Program-made: the position numbers and the translations under genes
Notes under the pieces: model-generated
The model's database searches: none
What the model was told of the DNA's origin: nothing
What the model saw: only the letters and a program-made list of their open reading frames with translations
Shown: positions 58,758 through 64,000 of the stretch, piece after piece
How the letters are laid out: each line of letters begins with the position of its first letter
Position numbering within the stretch: the stretch's first letter is position 1
Virus record (IMG/VR): IMGVR_UViG_3300043786_000977
Span: 99,907-163,906 of that record
Direction: 5' to 3' (one strand)
Length of the DNA stretch: 64,000 nt
Source of the DNA: a virus

Positions 58758-59381
58758 CGCGTCTTCGCGTTATAACATATTGTTTAAGGATAGCGTTAGC
58801 ATCCTGATGACCAGGGGTATAACCCCTTCATTTCAGGACCAGTGCACCCTGACAGGCAGGTTTCGAGCTGACCCCATGCGGCGGCCGAGTAGCTGTAGCC
58901 GTGGCGGTGCACTGGTCTCTGATCTGACACCAACCCCTTCCCCGAGGCTGTACACATTCAGTTTGACCCCTATACGGGGCTCGGGGAGTCCTCGCCCGGT
59001 TGGCCCGCAGGGGCTTACCACAATATGTGGAGCCGGGTTACTTTCCTAGGTGAGCGACTGATGGGAACCGCATCTTCCTGTATCGTGCGTGTTCCTGATC
59101 GGCAGTCGCTCACTCCCGGTTACCGCGGGGTTCGTCTCATACGTACTCCTCCCCGCGGGTAACCGGGCTCCTTCTCTTCCTCCCTGCCCCTCAGGGGTTT
59201 GACCACAATACGTGGGTGGGAGACGCTATTACACCGATGATCCCACGATCAAGCGACACCGTCGTGGGGGAGGTTGGGCCATTAGTTGGGCGGTCGATTG
59301 GTAGCGTTAACTGACCTCGACGCTGCTTAAAGTCACGGACCGTGAGGTCATTCTTTCCCTCTGTCAACGCTGTAAAAGGTG

Positions 59382-59411
59382 TTGACAAGGGTTCATGCCC
59401 TGTGTTTTAAT
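59382..59411 (+). promoter_or_regulatory. sigma70-like promoter (TTGACA-17-TGnTTTAAT)
   Basis: ttgaca at 59382, a 17 nt spacer, and extended -10 tgttttaat. A palindrome gtcaacgctgtaaaaggtgttgac lies immediately upstream. Confidence 0.5.
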
Positions 59412-59418
59412 ACACACG

Positions 59419-59753
59419 TTTACCCACTATAGGGCACCGATCTTTCATATTTTAACATGCGGATAGTAGGAGTCAGGCAGCAGCATAAACTACAGGACCT
59501 AGATGTCGTTGGTTCAAGTCCAACACCCTGCGCCAATACAGTTGCAGGGTTAGCTCAGTTGGTAGAGCACCAGGAAAAAACTGATTCTGTAATCCGCACC
59601 ATCTTCGAGGTTGTTAAGAGTGGCACAGCAAAAACTCGTCCTCACGGACATTGCTTTCCCAGCAAACCAGAGTCCACTCTGTATTTTTCATTTTAGCTTC
59701 GGACTGTAGAATTCGTACAGCAAACAACTACCTCCTGCATAAGGAGGTTTTCG
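59419..59753 (+). ncRNA. candidate ncRNA with a circularly permuted tRNA-like module (Y-RNA/YrlA-like tRNA mimic)
   Basis: Module at 59495..59571: T arm gttgg-ttcaagt-ccaac, acceptor 3' accctgc, g, CCA, 8 nt loop atacagtt, acceptor 5' gcagggt (7/7 complementary), ta, D arm gctc-agttggta-gagc, a, ccagg. Promoter upstream; candidate terminators at 59668-59697 and 59731-59753. Confidence 0.45.
59731..59753 (+). terminator. rho-independent terminator
   Basis: cctcct-gcata-aggagg followed by ttttcg. Confidence 0.45.
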
Positions 59754-59805
59754 CCCTCATATGCGAAAACTATATCGAATTCGTAGTCCTCTTTTTCTCA
59801 TCGTT

Positions 59806-60090
59806 CGTAAGGATAGCGCAGCAATCAATCGCCCTTCGGGGCACTAGCCTGTTAAGCTAACCACAGTCTATCCTGTGACCTTTCATTTTCGTACACTCTG
59901 TGACTTCAGCAACTATCGTAGGGATAGCGCAGCAATCAACCGCCCTTCGGGGCACTAGTTATTGGAACTAACCATAGCCTATCCCGTGACTTTTCACTTT
60001 TCAACGCACTCTGTGACTTAAGCGAGCACCGTAGGAATGAGTCGGCAGTCGGCCCTTAACCGGGCGCTACTTCGTCCGAAAGGATGCATG
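59806..60090 (+). repeat. tandem ~112 nt direct repeats (2.5 copies) encoding structured RNA elements
   Basis: Copies at 59806, 59917 and 60030. Each has a closing helix aggatag/ctatcct (copy 1) or gggatag/ctatccc (copy 2), i.e. compensatory A-U to G-C changes, plus a conserved gccc-UUCG-gggc tetraloop hairpin. Confidence 0.6.
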
Positions 60091-60264
60091 AAAAACTGTG
60101 GTACCGGGCACATATGTGTTAACGGGCCACGCGGTGTGATCATTGATTACGCACACTGATATAATAAAAGGTAATCCGTTGCGCACGAGTCGTTATCTTG
60201 GGCGGTCCCGCCGAGGGACTTAAATAACCGTGCAAGTATTCTGTGGTGCTAGCTTATCTGTTCT

Positions 60265-60417
60265 TGTTAAGGATGACGCAGCAAATATCACCCCGCAAGG
60301 GGCGATGGGTTCGATTCCCATAGAGCCCGTTAGGGCTTTGTCAATGGCGACAAATAAGTCATCCTGTACTTTGTTATGTAAGGCCTCGTCCGAGTGGACG
60401 GGGCCTTTGCCTTTTGT
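60265..60417 (+). ncRNA. structured sRNA of the same family, immediately upstream of the Ro60-like gene
   Basis: Shares the 5' aaggatgacgcagcaa / 3' gtcatcctgt closing helix with the tandem repeats. Has a GNRA hairpin cacccc-gcaa-ggggcg, a T-arm-like hairpin atggg-ttcgatt-cccat, and a terminator at 60382-60417. Confidence 0.45.
60382..60417 (+). terminator. rho-independent terminator
   Basis: ggcctcgtcc-gagt-ggacggggcc followed by tttgccttttgt. Confidence 0.6.
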
Positions 60418-60443
60418 AGACGACAACAATAAGGAGACGATGA

Positions 60444-61937
60444 ATGCGTAAGACAACGTCAATGATCAGAGGTCACAATTCAGATCCCTTGCACGCGCAC
60501 AGCGGGGATCATCACCTGGAGTTCTTCTCGAAGGCGGGTTCGCTCTTCGTGAAGGGCAAGGGTAAGAAAGGCGCCAGCTACTACGGTACCAGTTCCGAGA
60601 CGACAGCCCTGTCACTCTTCCAGCCCATGTGGATGTCGCCAGGCCTGGAGAACAAGACACTGGCCATGCAGTTGCTGTTCTGGTTACGTGATCCCCGCGG
60701 TGGCGCCGGCAATCGGTCGGGTTTCCGGGAAATCGTGCGCTGGTTGGCGCAGCAGCCTGAGACGTCGGTTGATCCGTCGGGTGCCACTTGGCTGGGTGTC
60801 AACCTGTTGCGGGTTCCGGAATGGGGACGCTGGGACGATCTGGCAGAACTGTACGGTACGTCACTCGAGCCGCTTGTCGCGGGCGTCTGGACAGAAGCGA
60901 TCATGCGGAAGGAGCACCTGGCTTGTAAGTGGGCCAAGGTTGATATGGTACCGCTGCAGCGCGCCCTGAAAATCAATGAGCGTGGGTTGCGGATGTTGAT
61001 CGTACCGCCCCGTGCCACGATCGTTGAGCGTGCTATGTGCGCGGGTGACTGGACTGCCGTGGACTACTCGAAGATTCCGAGTAAGGCGATGTCCATGTAC
61101 ACGAAGGCGTTCCGGATGCACGACAAGCCCCGGTTCGACGAGTACAAGGCGGCACTGGTGCGTGGGGATAAAGGCGTGAAGATTAACGCTAGTGTGTTGT
61201 TCCCGCACGACTGTGTGAAGCAGGCGAAGACTGGTGATCAGATCATCGCTGAAGCGCAGTTTAAAGCGTTGCCCGATTTCATCGGTGGCACGGATCGGCG
61301 TATCATCGTGTTGGCTGACCGGTCTGGTTCGATGGGTGCTATAGCGCAGGATACGATTACGAACGATAATGTGGCTGTGGCCTTGGCGCTGTATTGCAGC
61401 GATCGGCTGGGTCCGCAGAATCCGTTCTATCGGCAGTATCTGGAATTCCAGAGTACACCGTTCTGGGTGGATTGGAAAAACGAGACGTTTGTGCAAGCCT
61501 GTCGGTCCGGTCAAGGATTCGCGGGTAGCACGAACTTACAAGGGGCGCTTGACGCTATATTGAAGCAGGGCAAAGCTTGGAGAGTCCCTCCGGCACAGAT
61601 GCCTACGATGCTTCTGATCGTCAGCGATATGCAGTTCGATAACCACGTTACTGGGGGAACCCGGATGATAGCCTGTCACGGAACTGAACAGACTGTGGTT
61701 GAGAAATGTATGCAACAGTGGGAAGCTGCTGGTTATCAGCGGCCGACTATTGTTTTCTGGAATCTTGCAGGCTACGCAGGGCAACCTGCGCAAGCACAGA
61801 CACCGAACACTGCCCTTGTGTCCGGTTTCTCACCTGCCATACTGAAATCCATACTGTCTGGTAAAGAAGTTTTACCCCGAGAGGTCATGCTCCGGGCAAT
61901 AGCTAAATATCAGGTAGAGGTCCCCTGCGTGGGGTAA
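60444..61937 (+). CDS. Ro60/Rsr-like protein (TROVE-like N-terminal region with C-terminal vWA/MIDAS domain)
   Basis: 497 aa, RBS AAGGAGACGA. C-terminal vWA with IIVLADRSGSMG (DxSxS), AGSTNL and VSDMQF, which parallels human Ro60 LAVDVSASM / AGGTDCS / FTDNET. N-terminal GASYYGTS resembles Ro60 GGTYY. Lies directly downstream of the Y-RNA-like sRNAs. Confidence 0.5.
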   Translation: MRKTTSMIRGHNSDPLHAHSGDHHLEFFSKAGSLFVKGKGKKGASYYGTSSETTALSLFQPMWMSPGLENKTLAMQLLFWLRDPRGGAGNRSGFREIVRWLAQQPETSVDPSGATWLGVNLLRVPEWGRWDDLAELYGTSLEPLVAGVWTEAIMRKEHLACKWAKVDMVPLQRALKINERGLRMLIVPPRATIVERAMCAGDWTAVDYSKIPSKAMSMYTKAFRMHDKPRFDEYKAALVRGDKGVKINASVLFPHDCVKQAKTGDQIIAEAQFKALPDFIGGTDRRIIVLADRSGSMGAIAQDTITNDNVAVALALYCSDRLGPQNPFYRQYLEFQSTPFWVDWKNETFVQACRSGQGFAGSTNLQGALDAILKQGKAWRVPPAQMPTMLLIVSDMQFDNHVTGGTRMIACHGTEQTVVEKCMQQWEAAGYQRPTIVFWNLAGYAGQPAQAQTPNTALVSGFSPAILKSILSGKEVLPREVMLRAIAKYQVEVPCVG

Positions 61938-62032
61938 CACCATGATTCAGATTACATGACCAGGAGATGCGGGCTCATCCGAGCCCGCACTCCTCTTATC
62001 TTTCAGAGTCCAACCAATAACAGGAGAAGAAC

Positions 62033-62554
62033 ATGAGAAGTATGAAGTGGCTCAGTGGCTGCGTGTTGATTACCGTCATCGTCGGACTGTTGTTCGCAGG
62101 CGGCTGTACATCGAATCAGAAGACAACGATCGCTCGGCACGCGGGCATGGCCTCGGCCGTGACGTGGCTCGGTGTGGACAATCCAACGACCGAGGAAATC
62201 GCAGCGGTTCAGGGCATCGTCAATTTGATCCAGACCAACGTGGCGCGTGTTGCCGTCGGCGGCTCGTACTACACGGTCATTATGCCCATCGCGCAGGATT
62301 ATATCACGGTCTATGCGAAACCGAACATACAACCGATGTGCTCGTTGGGTGCCGCGTGGTTGTTATCCGGTATCGATCTCGTGTTCGCTTTGAATCCGTC
62401 CTGGGCTACAGAACAGCAGGAAGTGTGCGCGATTGCACAGGCATTCTGCGAAGGTGCCAAGCAGGGATTGGCGCTGGCTCCGGATAGCCCGGCAGTCATG
62501 GCAGCCAAGGGACAGACCGACGTACGTGTGGTGCGCAAGCGCCAGTTACGCTAA
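62033..62554 (+). CDS. lipoprotein
   Basis: RBS AGGAGAAG. Signal peptide plus lipobox LLFAGGC. 173 aa. Confidence 0.55.
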   Translation: MRSMKWLSGCVLITVIVGLLFAGGCTSNQKTTIARHAGMASAVTWLGVDNPTTEEIAAVQGIVNLIQTNVARVAVGGSYYTVIMPIAQDYITVYAKPNIQPMCSLGAAWLLSGIDLVFALNPSWATEQQEVCAIAQAFCEGAKQGLALAPDSPAVMAAKGQTDVRVVRKRQLR

Positions 62555-62653
62555 TCTAGAAGCACAGGATACAGTATCGATGAACGTGCCTGGGCTTCTG
62601 TACAACACGCGGGCACACACATGCCCGCGGTCCATGCCGGGTTAGACCCGGTG

Positions 62654-62680
62654 AGAGCCTACGGGCTCTCTTTACCTATT
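62654..62680 (+). terminator. rho-independent terminator
   Basis: gagagcc-tacg-ggctctc followed by tttacctatt. Confidence 0.45.
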
Positions 62681-62762
62681 GGGGTTAATATCGTACATTG
62701 TTACGTTATAACATACTGTTAGAGAATAGGTTTAGTTACCATCACAACAACAGGAGGTTCAG

Positions 62763-63032
62763 ATGAACGATGAACTGCGTATCGAGATTCAGCAGATGAT
62801 GGCCACTGAGCGCCAGGCGATTTTCGCGGAGTTGGACCGGAAAATGCCGGCGTATCTGCAGTCGCCGCAGGTCGCGAAGGGCATCGTGAAGGTGGGCCTG
62901 GTTGCGTTGGCGAAAGCCGGCGTGCTGTACCCCATTGTCACGATCAAGTCGCTGTTCGGGGTGATGCCGAAGCGAGTGTCCGCGGCACAGCCGGCGGATG
63001 TAATGCCTGACGGCGTGCCGCTCCCGGCCTGA
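62763..63032 (+). CDS. hypothetical protein
   Basis: RBS ACAGGAGG. 89 aa. Confidence 0.5.
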   Translation: MNDELRIEIQQMMATERQAIFAELDRKMPAYLQSPQVAKGIVKVGLVALAKAGVLYPIVTIKSLFGVMPKRVSAAQPADVMPDGVPLPA

Positions 63033-63061
63033 ACACAATACAAGGGTTACCTTGTCGAGTG

Positions 63062-63097
63062 GCCCCCACCCGCGTGGTGGGGGCGCTCGTTTCATTT
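63062..63097 (+). terminator. rho-independent terminator
   Basis: gcccccacc-cgcgt-ggtgggggc followed by gctcgtttcattt. Confidence 0.5.
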
Positions 63098-63118
63098 AGT
63101 ATTGACTGGAGTATCACC

Positions 63119-63553
63119 ATGATCATGAAATGGATGTTGATTGCGCTATTGACAGCGACGTACAGTATGGCTGACATGCTGCCGTACCAAGAGAGACAGA
63201 TCCTGGAGTCAGTCGCGGCGCAGGTCGGGCTATCGCAAGATGGCACAGAACTGTTGCTGGTTATCCGTAAGATAGAAAACGGTGGACCAGGCCGGGAGAT
63301 GGGCGTAATGACACCCAGGGCACAACGGTATAAAGGTAACTCCGAGCGCTCATTGCGCCTGCAAGCCCAGTGGGCCGCAGGGACGATCAAGCGACATTAC
63401 CGGGGTGACGTCCTTAGTTTCGCCAAACGTTATTGTCCACCACGGTGGGCATGGTGGAACAGTACAGCGCAGCAGTATCTGCGCGAACTACAGAACACAG
63501 ACGCGGATACGATAAACCCGCGACTGCCTGACAGTGTCATGCGTAGACAGTGA
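63119..63553 (+). CDS. secreted protein with signal peptide
   Basis: ATG at 63119 (MIMKWMLIALLTATYSMA), downstream of the terminator. The listed ORF start at 63059 lies inside the terminator hairpin. Confidence 0.5.
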   Translation: MIMKWMLIALLTATYSMADMLPYQERQILESVAAQVGLSQDGTELLLVIRKIENGGPGREMGVMTPRAQRYKGNSERSLRLQAQWAAGTIKRHYRGDVLSFAKRYCPPRWAWWNSTAQQYLRELQNTDADTINPRLPDSVMRRQ

Positions 63554-63616
63554 TAGTAAAGTGTAGTAGGTGCCCCGGGAAACGTGTACTACCCGTACGC
63601 GTTTCTCTTAGATAAC

Positions 63617-64000
63617 GGAGGTCTGATGGCGTATTATTGCGAGGCATGTCGTGCAAAACGCAAGTTGATCACACGGTCTGAGCACCAAGTGTGTCATTGT
63701 GCGTTTTGTGGTGAAACGCATATCTGTCATAACTCAGATTCGCTTGAGTTATCTCAGTGTAGTTCAGAATACGTTGTAGCTTACTGGGTGCCTAGTCGCC
63801 CTGTCAGCCCCGACAATACAACAGCAGACGATACGCAACCAGACGAAATAAAACGAAAGGAAGACCCAAAACATGATCACATTCAAACTCGTGCCGAGGA
63901 GCAAGGATATCCACGTCGTCGTAGGCGCCGCCGTGGTGGGAAGCGTCACAAGGAAAGACTTGAACGAGCCCGTTTACGTGCCCAAGAAGCTGGTGCCGTT
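63617..64000 (+). CDS. zinc-ribbon protein, 5' partial (continues beyond the window)
   Basis: RBS ACGGAGGT. MAYYCEACRAKRK...CHCAFCGETHIC. No stop codon before the window end. Confidence 0.5.

Noticed and set aside
59543-59571. Stand-alone tRNA 5' fragment (gcagggt ta gctc agttggtag agc)
   Set aside because: No 3' half lies downstream. Its complement lies immediately upstream (59495..59534), so it belongs to the permuted module rather than a truncated tRNA.
59806-60090. CRISPR array
   Set aside because: The units are ~112 nt with no repeat/spacer alternation. They show compensatory stem mutations typical of structured RNAs. No cas genes are present.

Overview
This window reads as an accessory region of a large tailed phage (about 50% GC). 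Nearly all genes are on the + strand and tightly packed, with one convergent minus-strand gene (Endo VII, 2176..2793). No capsid, portal or terminase genes are recognisable. The left ~22 kb is DNA and nucleotide metabolism: ATP-dependent DNA ligase, Endo VII, dCMP deaminase, a nucleoside 2-deoxyribosyltransferase-like enzyme, a RuvC-like resolvase, a glycosyltransferase and a metallophosphoesterase, plus many hypothetical ORFs. The middle holds a J-domain/protein-kinase fusion, vWA-domain proteins, a PurA-family adenylosuccinate synthetase homolog, GalE, a complete one-piece tmRNA, a flotillin-like protein, and a ~20 kb tRNA cluster (about 26 tRNAs). The tRNA cluster is interspersed with four HNH endonucleases, an RNase Z-like MBL hydrolase, two radical SAM proteins, a class II ribonucleotide reductase, a dual-specificity phosphatase and two nucleotidyltransferases, one of them CCA-adding/poly(A)-polymerase-like. 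The most unusual signal is a non-coding locus at 58.8-60.4 kb, immediately upstream of a Ro60/TROVE-like gene with a C-terminal vWA domain (60444..61937). That locus contains a circularly permuted tRNA-like module (3' half, then a short loop, then 5' half), a family of structured sRNA repeats with compensatory base changes, and a promoter and terminators. A second permuted tRNA-like module of the same architecture lies at 28889..28966 inside a ~330 nt non-coding transcript unit. The order anticodon-3', T arm, acceptor-3', loop, acceptor-5', D arm, anticodon-5' is the architecture described for bacterial YrlA-type Y RNAs, which mimic tRNA and bind Ro60 (Rsr). I therefore propose a phage-encoded Ro60 / Y-RNA-like system. 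All calls are from reading the sequence; no database search was run.
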